Virus record (IMG/VR): IMGVR_UViG_3300042559_000447
Coordinates: 7,662 to 71,661 of that record
Length of the DNA stretch: 64,000 nucleotides
Strand: one strand, 5' to 3'
Source: a virus
The translations under genes were made by a program, and so were the position numbers. Positions 46,635 to 56,891 of this stretch are shown here, in pieces. Every line of letters begins with the position of its first letter. Within the stretch, counting starts at the first letter, position 1. The notes below the pieces were generated by a model that saw only the letters and a program-made list of their open reading frames with translations, was not told the DNA's origin and made no database searches.

Positions 46635-49600
46635 CTAGTCAACAATCTCGTCTGTGATAGTAGTTCCGAATTCGTCTTCCGGCATTTGTTGTTGACCTTG
46701 TTGTTCTGGTTGCTCAGATAACAATTCAGATTTAACAATTTCCTTCAATTGAGAGATAGCGTCTTTATCTTCATAAAACTCTCCAATTAAATCCCCTAAA
46801 ACATTTTCCTTCTTGATTTTATCAATCACCGCTTTTTCTTCGGGGGTCAATTCAGAAAGTCTCTTATTTACAATTACCGGACCAAGTGTTTCCTTTATTA
46901 CATTGTCAACAGAAGAGTATATCTTTCCGAGCATTTTACCAGCAATCACATAACCAAGGAGTTGATTTTTATCTCCATAAGTTATCCTAGATCCGTCTTC
47001 ATTTCTGTTTTCTGGGCCGTTTAAATCCAATAGTTGTTTGAAGATATCGCTATCTGACTCAAATATAGAACCTATGATTTCATTTCTCAAAAAGTTTCTT
47101 TTATTTCTAAACTCATCCATCTCCTCCTTGTTTAAAGAAACTCGGAACAATTCAGTTTCAATTGACTTTGGTACGTCTGGAGGAATAACTTCTTTTACGT
47201 TACCGTATGCGAAAGTCAAGTAGATTACATCTTTCCAATCTAAATCTTTTTTAGAATTGTTTATCTTCTCATAGATTTGTTTTGTGTAATCGAAAGCCCC
47301 ACCGTCTTTTGAAATACCTCTATAGTCTCTTCTTGGAACGTCTACGCCCATTAGTTCAAAAACAGAATCTAATGTTTTAGGAGTCTGTCTTCTCGGCATT
47401 CCTGTGATGTCGTACTGATAAAGATAATTGTTATCAAAATAGAAAGGAACCTTTTCCTTTAAACGATTGCTCAGAGTGTTTACAGTAAGTTCTCCAAATC
47501 CCATGCTTGCTTTTTCATCTGGTGTAGCCTTGTAGCTAGATTCAAACTCTCTGTTGAACTTAGTAAAAGTATTCAAGTGATTTGGGGCAAAAGCAGTAAC
47601 CACAGTATTAAAATACCCTGCTGCAAAATCAGAAAATGCATTTATGTTTCCACTCTTTGTGATTTCAGTTATTGCTGTAAACGCATCCCCTAAGTTTTTA
47701 ACCATTGTTTGGTCTAAAAGATAAGGGAAAATTAAAGCACTACCCATCATCGAAACAGAACCCTCTCCAACTTCTGTATTTATTTTAGATAGATTTATTT
47801 TTTCTTCAGATCTGTTTTTTGTTTCAACCTCTGTTTTCTTCATTGAAAGAATTGCACCAAATACACCAAAGGTTCTCAAGTCAAAAGTCTGATCCCCTTT
47901 AATCCAGTCCTTAGATTTATTTTTCTTGCCCCAGTTTCTCATCAACAATGAAACGTTTATTTGATCAGCCGGCATGAAGTCTTTCTTCCATTGTCTTTCT
48001 TTTTCGTCAACCCCTGCGGCAGGAGAAGCCGATCCAGAGACAGCGAGATTTTCAATAATTAAAGTAGCAGCATACTGAAGACCTATTGAAATTAGCATTC
48101 TAGACATTGCCATATCAGAATCTCTTAGAGCCTTTCTTCTATCTTCAATTAGTTTTTTCTTTGTGCTTGGATTTCTAGTTTTTTCTATTTCATCCTTAAG
48201 TTCTGATGCTTTTCTCATATGATAAATACTAGCAACAAAAGAAACGGTAGGAGATGCAAATTGAACAAATTCTTCAGCAACGTTTGTTGGAATCTTCTGA
48301 TAAGGAACAAGAGTTGTAACAGCTGATTTTCCAAGATCTTCACTTCCGTATGTTTTCTTAACTCCACCAAAGAATTTTTGAATTACGTTCTTATACAATA
48401 GACCATCGTTGGCGTAAATCAATCGCATTGCCTCGTCCATTGCTGGTTGATTACTATAGTCAGAGTTTAATTTGATAAATATTTCCATTTCTGACATTCC
48501 ATTTAAGGATGGTTTTTTTTCTTCGCTTAGACCCAATACTTTTCCTTGTTCATACAACGCACCAAAGTATGCAGTAGTTCTAAAGAAAGCATCTGGCCCA
48601 CCCAAAAGTCTAAAGTTTGCTTCAGCAACCGCCCCGAAAGTTCCTTCCATTGCTCTTAAAATTTTGTCCTTTGTTGGTATCTTTCCAGCTTTGTTTAGTG
48701 GATAGTTGTATTTGGTAGCCATTTCCTCTTCGCTCATATTACTAAGAGCATAGTCATACAACATACCAAAGGTATCTCTGAATGCCCTGAAACCATTAAA
48801 TCCTCTTGAGATTTGTAATCCGTTTGCATCCTCAACAACAGAACCTTGACTTATTGCTTTCCAACCTTCCTTGAACGCCTGTTTGTATTTACTAGTAATA
48901 GATCCATAATAACCGGCTCCTCTGTAGGTAACTCTCTCAGATTGTTTACCCCTAAGAGCATTAACTTGGTTTCTTGTGATACCAACTCCCGTTGCCACAA
49001 TGTTCAAAGGCAAGTTGATTAATGTCTTAATCGCACTCGATGTTAAGTTGATAACTTGAGAACCAAGAGTCAAGAGGTTACCTCTAACCAAAGTATCATA
49101 AAGATCTGTGAAAGAAGAATTTCTAGCATATGGTTTCAATGCTTTGTAGAAAGCAATTCTAGCAGCATCATAGTTTTGTTGAGCAACAAAAGCATACTCC
49201 AAGTTTGTCATGTTTGGATTGTTTCTGTTCATCTGTGTTGGATACAATGTTGCTTCTGACTTGGCCTGCTCATACTCTGCTTTCTTTTTGTCCATATCTA
49301 CAGCCAATATCTTTAATTCTTTTTCTTTAGCTGTTGGAATCTTTCTATCTGCCTTGTTGTATTTTTTAATTGCCTCGTACAACTTATACTGACCTTGTTG
49401 CTGAGACAATAATTTCATTCTTTGTAAGACACGACCAGCATTTGTTCCTGTTTGAACCGCTTGAGCAAATAAAGAAGTTACATCTGTTCCAGCATTCAGA
49501 CCCTCTTGTATCTTTTGGATAAGGGCAACTAGAGCAACGTCCATGTTCTCCATGTCTTTTAGGTCTGACATTAGATCGTTTAGTTCTGTAGGACTCAATT

Positions 49601-52600
49601 CATTTAGAATAGAAACTACCTCTCCGAGTGTTCTTTGGATTGTTACTGCATCTTGTTCAATGCTTCTAGCTAATCCTTGGAATTCGTTTGATTCTTTCTC
49701 TAGTATTTTTGCTACTGTTTGTTTTGTTCTTGCTTGGAAGAACTCTGTTACGTCTTGAGGAGTGAATCCTGCTTTTATTAAGCCGTAGTAAATGTCTTGT
49801 TCTGAGACCCCGGCCGCTCTTTGCTGATTGATGATGTCTTCTATCTCTTTATCTTGCGGATCAATCTCTTCTTCGATCTTCTCCTCTGTTGCGCCTTCAC
49901 CAAAGATAGTATTGTAGATAGACTTCATCTGTGGGTTCAACTCTTTACCAAGATTACCCAAGCCCAAAGCAGTGTAGATTTCTGTTAACCACGCTTTAAA
50001 CTTTTCAAACACCGCTTTTAGTTTGTTATTTGGAGCAACGCCCTCGTAAAGGTATCTCTCAAAGCCTCTAGCAAATGTCTCAGACGCATTAGTATTCCAA
50101 TCAGTTTCACCAGCAAAGTCTAGAACGGTCTGCTTTTCTTCATCAGAAAGGTAGTTTTCTAAAACGTGAGCCATCTCGTGTAAAGGTGAAGATACGTTAG
50201 GGTCAGTAACTGCATAAATAATTGCTGTACCGTCGTCTTTCAAATGCACCGCTGCACGAATAGTTCCTGGATCTTTTTGGAATAAAGTATAGTCTTTTAA
50301 TAAAACCTGATCATTTTTATAGGTTATGTAAACATTTCCTGGGGTTTGAGATCTTCCAACTTTTCCATATTGAGCATAGTCAACGACATTCTTAATGATA
50401 ACACCATCTGGGGCTTTGTTTGGGTCTTTTACTTTAGTTTTAACCCAATTAGTTAACTCCACAGGACTAAGACCAAATCTATTCTGAAGTTTTTCAAAAT
50501 CATTGTCATTTAAACCCAACAAAAGAATATCTAAATCTCTTGTTGTAAGATTATAATTTTGACTACCTTTTCCAAATAAATTGTATACAGTGCTGACATT
50601 TTGCCAATCGTTACCCTTAGCGTCTATAACAATTGGATTTTCTATTTTTAAATATGCCCTTCTTATGTTGTTTCTAGCGTCAGAATTATCTTTTAAATAA
50701 GAAAACGCCTTAGTTGGTAGGTCCGAATAATAGATTGCCCCACCAATATCTCCAGCATTATGATCCAATACACCGTAGTTTTCTTTTCCGTAAAGTTTTG
50801 CAGTACCCCTAAATGCATCTAAAGGTTCTCCGTTTTCATCAAGCACTTCAGAATTTCCAAACCAATTCTTGAATTCTTCGCTTTTTGTATCCTTAGCTAG
50901 TTTGACTTGTTCTTCTAATTCTTCAAGCAATTGTTCTCTTATTGCTTTATTTTCCTCTTGTTTTTTTGTTAACTGGTCTTTGAATGGAATTTTTTCTCCT
51001 ATCCTTTTGTTTTTAATAAATTCAATAGGATCTTTTATAATTGCCGAATTTGCTTTTTCTGGATTTATAACAACATATTCGTTCTCAGATACACTAAAAG
51101 CATCGTAACCAGCATCTTTGAACATTTGCGACCACAATTTATTATAATCCCACTTTATAAAATCTCCCATTCTAAGCCTAGCTTCGTTCAATGTCATACC
51201 CTCGAAGTCCTTTAACTTAGACAAAAATAAATCATAGTATGGGTTTTGTATAGAATTTTCTTCTAGTGCTTGTTTTATTTCAAACACAAAGCCTGAAGGT
51301 ATTCTGTCGTTTACGTTTAAAGAATTTAATTTATTTCTATCTACAAATGTTACGGTTTTTCCGTATTCACTTGCCTTGTATGGCACAGGTGTAAAATATA
51401 TACCCCAGCCATAATTTGCTCTAACTCCTCCTTTTACTTTATCAGGGTCAAAAGATTTTATTTTTTGATCACCACCATGAAAAACTACACCTTCTTTTGA
51501 TAATTCAGAAAATAATTTTTGCTTGTTTTCATCCTTCATGTAATCCTCAAGAGTAAGTTCTTCAGGCATTAAATCATTTGATAGTTTCACCATCTCCTTA
51601 TAGATAATATCGGAGTTTGAAAATTCACCACCTAAATCTCTTCTTGCGATAAAGTCAATTCCCATACCGCTACCGGACACCTCTATCAAATAATTATATT
51701 CAATATCTTGAAAAGCCTTTATTAGAGGGTACAACTTAGAATCTTTTCCTAGTTCGAGAATATCAAAATCATTAAGAGTTGTTTTTCCTATTTCGTATTC
51801 ATTTTCAATTCTTTCGGAAAGCTTCAAAAGATTTTCTTTTTGTATTGCTGTTAAATCGCCTTTCGGTGTTGTGGCGTTTATTAATTGTATAATATCTCTC
51901 TTTGTTTTAAAATCTGCATCTCTTAGTTTACCCAAAGCCTCTTTATAATTTTTAACCAACTCTCCAAAATTGCTTTGCATTTCTTCATACGTAGCCGGTC
52001 TTTCATATATTAATTCTAAAGCACTTTCCATACTCGAAATAAACCCATTCGATTTCATATAAGAAATAGGGTCTGCTTTATACTTTGGATCGGATCTTTT
52101 AAAGTTAAAGTTGATTTTTACAGCGTATAGTTTATTTACAATATCAGACAATATCAATACGGCTTCCTTGTCCTTATTTAAAAGAGGTTCTATTTTTTCA
52201 TGCAACTGCTCAATAAGTTCATCTGTATTGTATCCAAAGCTAGTATACCTATACTCATCAATAAGTTCGTCCGTTATTTTTTGTACGTTTTGGTTATTTG
52301 AATTTTCATAAGGAACCATTAATTGACTCAACATTGGACCAAGTTCTTTTTCTGAAATAAGGTTTTTTAATCCAATTTGTTTCTTTATTTCATATCTTAT
52401 AATTCCATTTAATATGTTATTCCTAATCTCTATGGGTTTAGAGTTAAAACTAAAATCTACTGGTAGATTTATTTTAACATTCTCAAGTTCTGGGAACAAC
52501 TCAAAAAGAGCATCTGCTTCTAATACATCACCCCAAGTAGATACTCCAGGTTGAATATCAACCCCCTCTTTTAATTTAGGATATGCAGGATGAGTATCTC

Positions 52601-55600
52601 CATACATCCAAATACCATCTTTACTTTGAAACCAACCTCTAGCAAAATAAACCGTAAGAGGATCTACCCCGTTCTTAAGATCTTCTTCTGCCAATATTTT
52701 ATCATCCAATGCTCTTCCAGAAGAAAGTTCTGGGTCATTTTTAACTGTATTCTGAAGAGCGATCCTTCCCTGATTAGATTGAATCACCTGAGACATACCT
52801 GCAACAATTGTTTGCTGGTCTATCTTTTCAAATGACAACATTGTTTCCAAGAACACATCGGGATCCAAACCTGAACGAATAGCAGCGAACTCAATCATTG
52901 TATTCATCAAGTTTGCAGCGTAGTTCTTTTGTTGTCTTAGTTTTCTAGGACCGGTAACTTTAGATTTAATTGCTGCAACGATAGGGTTGTCGTTTGGATT
53001 TGCAGCATCTGTTCCGTATAACTTTAAATCAAATGCCTTATCGAAGGCGGCTGTTTTAAGTCTCTTAATTCTTTCTTTTCTGGTAGATGCAAATGATTCA
53101 TACTTTTCTTTGAAGTCCATGAATGTGTCATATACACCAAGAGCATCAGCTTTTTGTTTAGCTATATCTTGTATCTGCTGTTCTGTAAGATTAGTTGTAT
53201 CTTGTCCTATGATATCTAGAAAGTCTTGTGCAGGAATCTTTCCTTGTAGGAATCTGATAGCCCCCACTTCTTCTGGCTTATACTCAGTACCCCTAGCTGT
53301 CTTAGAAATATTCTGAATCTGTTGCTTCTCCTGTTGTGCAAGAACAAATTCCTTCGCCTTCATGTTCATCTCACGCTTAGATAAGCCAGCACGAACATCT
53401 TTCATCTTTGTATTGTAGAAAGCGTAGGTATTGTTTGCAGTTTCCTTACCGGTATATTCTCTAGCAACAAACTCGTTTAAACTTTGTCTAAATGCCAACA
53501 AATCATTTTTCTGCAATTGTTCATCACCGAACACCTCAGACAATACTGACTCGTGATTGATAAGTAGGTTTGCAATGAATGTATCAGCGGCATCTGACAT
53601 TAAATTAGCACCGTTCAAAAAGTTAAGGTCTGAAGTAGAGAAAGCCTTTGTAAAGAAATCAGAGGATAACACAGCAGCCTTAACTTTGTTAAACATTGCT
53701 GTATTTTCAGTACTCATACTATTGAACTTCTCGATAAGGGGAGCCATATAGTTTGATACCCTAGCCATACCCTTTTGTCCGTCCGTATTTATCTTTGATC
53801 CTCCTAAAAAGAAAGAACCAAGATCCAATCTCATTTTACCACCAAACGCATTACGAAGAGCATTCGCAAAAGCATTTGCCTGTGGGTCGTTTGTGTTCAC
53901 CTGATCAACACCCTCAAACACATCAGAATCAACTTTTTGACGATACTGCTTTATCTTACCCATAACGCCAGACGCTGTATTCTTTACTGTGGTTGCGTTT
54001 CTCTCGCTAAGTTGATTTACTGTATCTCTACTGTATAATAACTTTCCGTCTTTCCAGATTAATTTAGAGTCATCCTCTATACCTAAATTAACCTTAGCAA
54101 TTTCTTTAGCCTTGTCAGAAGAAAGCATTCCGTTATCTGTAACCTTTTGCTCTACTTGTGCCTTTAGGTCAGAGTTTACATCTTGCCAAGACTCATTGAA
54201 TGAGCTGTATCCTTTTGATTGTAGGTTTCCTGTCTTAGGGTCGTATCTGTAAGTAGCACCTTTCTGAATCTCTCCGTCTGCCTCTACTACATAGAACTCT
54301 TCTCCTATGTCTGCTACTCTCTTTTCTACTTCTAGTTTTTCTTGTTTCTTTGTCTCTTCTACTTTTTCTTGAGGTATCTCTTGTTCTGAGGCCCCCGGCT
54401 CTTGTATAGGAGCGTCGCTCATAGGCGCAGGACCTGCTGGTACAGGAGGCTCTTCAATGTCAGTTACCAACGGACTAGGTTGTGACTTCTGATATTTGTT
54501 TTGTTCAATAGCAGCGTCCAACTGTCTGTCCATATCCAAAATCAAGGGATCAATAGATTGACCTTGTCTTGCTGCAATGTAATCAGTAAACTTTTGTTTT
54601 GATTTGACAAGCAAAGCGATATCACCAGGGGCGGTCAACATCAAAGAGGTAATACCAATTACTTCTAACTGACCTTCTTGTGTTGTTAAATCAAATGCCT
54701 TTTTAAAGTCGTACCCCTCGTTTGCCATTAAGTCAGCAATACCACCAGAAACCTCAGCCAACGTTTCACCGACTGCTCCACTCAAATACTTACCAAGAAC
54801 ATATAACGCTCTGTTTCTTCCCTTGAGTAGTTTCTCCATGCTCACTTTGCTCATTCCTGCCTCGTACAAAGACTCCGAAGCAATCTCACCCAATCCACCA
54901 GCAGCACTTTGGTCTGCTGCAACGTACGCCCCAGTTTTTGCTGCGGTTTTAAGTCCACCCTCTACGAATATCTCAAACGCTTTTACTGCTGTACTGTTAG
55001 TGCCATATCTTAACTTAAAGAATTCTTTAGCCTTTGTAAAGTATCTAGATGCAGCAACTACTCCACCTGCCTGATTTCCGATTGCCTCATATGCACCAAT
55101 CTCAACCATTGCGCCCAAAGTAGGCAATAACCCATAACCAACTTGTTCACCAATGCTCATCCTAGTTGCTTCCATGTCCTGCTCGCTAACATAGTAGCCG
55201 TTCTTCTGCATGAACTCAGCAAAGTTTCCTGCCTCTTCTGCATAGGTAAGAGCCTGACTAGATTTCTTTAGTCCACCAAATGTATTGATTGCAACATATT
55301 GCTCAACACCAGAGGTAAAAGATGCATTCTGTCTCTTTAATGGGTTTGAGTTGGTATAGATCCCTTTATTCAAAACGGAAAGTTCTGCTGTCTTTTCAGC
55401 AAATAACTTTTGGTTTGACTGTAATGTAATTAATTCTTCTTGTGAAGGTTGCCCAAAACCAGATGCAACTTTCTTTTCAATCTTTGCAGATTGGTCTAAA
55501 ACCATTTGGCGAAGATCTTCAACATCATTAAATAGGATGTTTCTTTCTTTAACCATTGCACCTAAAAGATTTGAATTATAATATTCCTTTGAGTATTTTT

Positions 55601-56855
55601 GATTTGCCTTTGCGAATGCTGCACTTGTAACAGCTGGATCCATTGGAAGCCTTGTTGTTGGATCATAAATAATCCCAGTAGCAATGTCTTCGTCTTTCTG
55701 TAACTTTTCAATTACTGATTTCTGCTGTTGAATTCTAGCATTTACTTCGTTAAGTTTATCTACATTTGTGAATCCACTTACTGTCTTTTCAATTGCCTTT
55801 TTCTCAGCGTTTAATTGATCCAACTTAGTATATTCTTGTGATATTTTTTTGAGGGGCTCAGATAACATCTCAAAGCCTTTTTTATTCATATCGAATTGAT
55901 ACGAATTACCCTCTTTTGCACCGAGAGTAAAATCTGATTCTATTGCCTCTTGGTTCTTTTGTAAATCTAATTCAGCAAACTTTTGTTTTCTGTAAGCATC
56001 ACGCTTTCTATTTATAAAGTTAAAGGCTTTCTCTTCGCTATAACCTAGACTCTGAGCCGTAGCAAATACTTGCTCTATACCTACAGTATACTTTGTATTG
56101 AAGTCTCCCTCTTTTTCTAAACGATAAGCAGCGTCCTTGGCTATGTTATCAGACAACTCACCAATCTGTAAATCAGTTAAGCCATACTCAGTGGCTATTG
56201 TATTGGTAAGTTCTGCGTCTGGAAATTCTTGTTGAGTTGGTTGTACTGCTTTCTTTTCTGTTCTAGTATCAAACTCTCTATTTAAAACAAGACCCCTGTC
56301 TAATAACTCTTTTTGGTTTTGTTTTCTCCACTGTTCAAATTTGTCTGGATCAACTGCTTTAAACTCTTCAAACTCGTCTACTGTGTTTAACTCCACCCCA
56401 TCAGGAGTTACGTTTAAACCAGCAGCTGCTACTTTAGAAAAAGTATTTATTGCTTTATTTCTTCCCTCTTCTTGGTCTTTTGCTAATTGTGCAGAAGGGT
56501 CGAATTTTGGTAATCCAAATGTGTTCTCTACCTTTACATTTCCGGCAGGTATCCAAGGCATTCTATCGCCTTGTACTTTTGTTTTGAATTGATCGTATGA
56601 GCTTATTCCAAACTTCTTGAAGTTCTGAGACCCCCCGAACTCTGAAAAGAATTCCTTCTGGTTTTTCTCTACTTGAAGATATTTTTCTAAATCGGTTGGG
56701 GTTGAAAAGAATTGACCATTCTTCATTGAGACAGTAGCAGGAAGAATCCCACTCTGTACTTTCAATGCGTCGTATAAGTTCTGATATGAAAAAGGCTGAG
56801 GGTTTTTTGGACTTGGTTGAGAACCCTCTGGAACAATATTAAAGTCTTCTGCCAT
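46635..56855 (-). CDS. Giant (3406 aa) polyvalent/ejection protein with LPD23-like, two ADP-ribosyltransferase-like and HExxH zincin-like domains
   Basis: GWF...DG.W (~52.6 kb); FHGG...G.GIYFT (~51.4 kb); FKNWFG.S.V.DENGEP...RGT...IYYS (~50.8 kb); HEMAH (50166-50180). Confidence 0.75.
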   Translation of the reverse strand: MAEDFNIVPEGSQPSPKNPQPFSYQNLYDALKVQSGILPATVSMKNGQFFSTPTDLEKYLQVEKNQKEFFSEFGGSQNFKKFGISSYDQFKTKVQGDRMPWIPAGNVKVENTFGLPKFDPSAQLAKDQEEGRNKAINTFSKVAAAGLNVTPDGVELNTVDEFEEFKAVDPDKFEQWRKQNQKELLDRGLVLNREFDTRTEKKAVQPTQQEFPDAELTNTIATEYGLTDLQIGELSDNIAKDAAYRLEKEGDFNTKYTVGIEQVFATAQSLGYSEEKAFNFINRKRDAYRKQKFAELDLQKNQEAIESDFTLGAKEGNSYQFDMNKKGFEMLSEPLKKISQEYTKLDQLNAEKKAIEKTVSGFTNVDKLNEVNARIQQQKSVIEKLQKDEDIATGIIYDPTTRLPMDPAVTSAAFAKANQKYSKEYYNSNLLGAMVKERNILFNDVEDLRQMVLDQSAKIEKKVASGFGQPSQEELITLQSNQKLFAEKTAELSVLNKGIYTNSNPLKRQNASFTSGVEQYVAINTFGGLKKSSQALTYAEEAGNFAEFMQKNGYYVSEQDMEATRMSIGEQVGYGLLPTLGAMVEIGAYEAIGNQAGGVVAASRYFTKAKEFFKLRYGTNSTAVKAFEIFVEGGLKTAAKTGAYVAADQSAAGGLGEIASESLYEAGMSKVSMEKLLKGRNRALYVLGKYLSGAVGETLAEVSGGIADLMANEGYDFKKAFDLTTQEGQLEVIGITSLMLTAPGDIALLVKSKQKFTDYIAARQGQSIDPLILDMDRQLDAAIEQNKYQKSQPSPLVTDIEEPPVPAGPAPMSDAPIQEPGASEQEIPQEKVEETKKQEKLEVEKRVADIGEEFYVVEADGEIQKGATYRYDPKTGNLQSKGYSSFNESWQDVNSDLKAQVEQKVTDNGMLSSDKAKEIAKVNLGIEDDSKLIWKDGKLLYSRDTVNQLSERNATTVKNTASGVMGKIKQYRQKVDSDVFEGVDQVNTNDPQANAFANALRNAFGGKMRLDLGSFFLGGSKINTDGQKGMARVSNYMAPLIEKFNSMSTENTAMFNKVKAAVLSSDFFTKAFSTSDLNFLNGANLMSDAADTFIANLLINHESVLSEVFGDEQLQKNDLLAFRQSLNEFVAREYTGKETANNTYAFYNTKMKDVRAGLSKREMNMKAKEFVLAQQEKQQIQNISKTARGTEYKPEEVGAIRFLQGKIPAQDFLDIIGQDTTNLTEQQIQDIAKQKADALGVYDTFMDFKEKYESFASTRKERIKRLKTAAFDKAFDLKLYGTDAANPNDNPIVAAIKSKVTGPRKLRQQKNYAANLMNTMIEFAAIRSGLDPDVFLETMLSFEKIDQQTIVAGMSQVIQSNQGRIALQNTVKNDPELSSGRALDDKILAEEDLKNGVDPLTVYFARGWFQSKDGIWMYGDTHPAYPKLKEGVDIQPGVSTWGDVLEADALFELFPELENVKINLPVDFSFNSKPIEIRNNILNGIIRYEIKKQIGLKNLISEKELGPMLSQLMVPYENSNNQNVQKITDELIDEYRYTSFGYNTDELIEQLHEKIEPLLNKDKEAVLILSDIVNKLYAVKINFNFKRSDPKYKADPISYMKSNGFISSMESALELIYERPATYEEMQSNFGELVKNYKEALGKLRDADFKTKRDIIQLINATTPKGDLTAIQKENLLKLSERIENEYEIGKTTLNDFDILELGKDSKLYPLIKAFQDIEYNYLIEVSGSGMGIDFIARRDLGGEFSNSDIIYKEMVKLSNDLMPEELTLEDYMKDENKQKLFSELSKEGVVFHGGDQKIKSFDPDKVKGGVRANYGWGIYFTPVPYKASEYGKTVTFVDRNKLNSLNVNDRIPSGFVFEIKQALEENSIQNPYYDLFLSKLKDFEGMTLNEARLRMGDFIKWDYNKLWSQMFKDAGYDAFSVSENEYVVINPEKANSAIIKDPIEFIKNKRIGEKIPFKDQLTKKQEENKAIREQLLEELEEQVKLAKDTKSEEFKNWFGNSEVLDENGEPLDAFRGTAKLYGKENYGVLDHNAGDIGGAIYYSDLPTKAFSYLKDNSDARNNIRRAYLKIENPIVIDAKGNDWQNVSTVYNLFGKGSQNYNLTTRDLDILLLGLNDNDFEKLQNRFGLSPVELTNWVKTKVKDPNKAPDGVIIKNVVDYAQYGKVGRSQTPGNVYITYKNDQVLLKDYTLFQKDPGTIRAAVHLKDDGTAIIYAVTDPNVSSPLHEMAHVLENYLSDEEKQTVLDFAGETDWNTNASETFARGFERYLYEGVAPNNKLKAVFEKFKAWLTEIYTALGLGNLGKELNPQMKSIYNTIFGEGATEEKIEEEIDPQDKEIEDIINQQRAAGVSEQDIYYGLIKAGFTPQDVTEFFQARTKQTVAKILEKESNEFQGLARSIEQDAVTIQRTLGEVVSILNELSPTELNDLMSDLKDMENMDVALVALIQKIQEGLNAGTDVTSLFAQAVQTGTNAGRVLQRMKLLSQQQGQYKLYEAIKKYNKADRKIPTAKEKELKILAVDMDKKKAEYEQAKSEATLYPTQMNRNNPNMTNLEYAFVAQQNYDAARIAFYKALKPYARNSSFTDLYDTLVRGNLLTLGSQVINLTSSAIKTLINLPLNIVATGVGITRNQVNALRGKQSERVTYRGAGYYGSITSKYKQAFKEGWKAISQGSVVEDANGLQISRGFNGFRAFRDTFGMLYDYALSNMSEEEMATKYNYPLNKAGKIPTKDKILRAMEGTFGAVAEANFRLLGGPDAFFRTTAYFGALYEQGKVLGLSEEKKPSLNGMSEMEIFIKLNSDYSNQPAMDEAMRLIYANDGLLYKNVIQKFFGGVKKTYGSEDLGKSAVTTLVPYQKIPTNVAEEFVQFASPTVSFVASIYHMRKASELKDEIEKTRNPSTKKKLIEDRRKALRDSDMAMSRMLISIGLQYAATLIIENLAVSGSASPAAGVDEKERQWKKDFMPADQINVSLLMRNWGKKNKSKDWIKGDQTFDLRTFGVFGAILSMKKTEVETKNRSEEKINLSKINTEVGEGSVSMMGSALIFPYLLDQTMVKNLGDAFTAITEITKSGNINAFSDFAAGYFNTVVTAFAPNHLNTFTKFNREFESSYKATPDEKASMGFGELTVNTLSNRLKEKVPFYFDNNYLYQYDITGMPRRQTPKTLDSVFELMGVDVPRRDYRGISKDGGAFDYTKQIYEKINNSKKDLDWKDVIYLTFAYGNVKEVIPPDVPKSIETELFRVSLNKEEMDEFRNKRNFLRNEIIGSIFESDSDIFKQLLDLNGPENRNEDGSRITYGDKNQLLGYVIAGKMLGKIYSSVDNVIKETLGPVIVNKRLSELTPEEKAVIDKIKKENVLGDLIGEFYEDKDAISQLKEIVKSELLSEQPEQQGQQQMPEDEFGTTITDEIVD

Positions 56856-56891
56856 ATTACAAATATAGCAAAAAAGATCAACTAATCAAAG

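Noticed and set aside
7683-56634. Polar motif explained as BsaI (GAGACC) cloning scars or as a protein motif
   Set aside because: Variants GAGGCC and GACACC occur, copies sit in-frame in intact genes in different reading frames and in intergenic DNA
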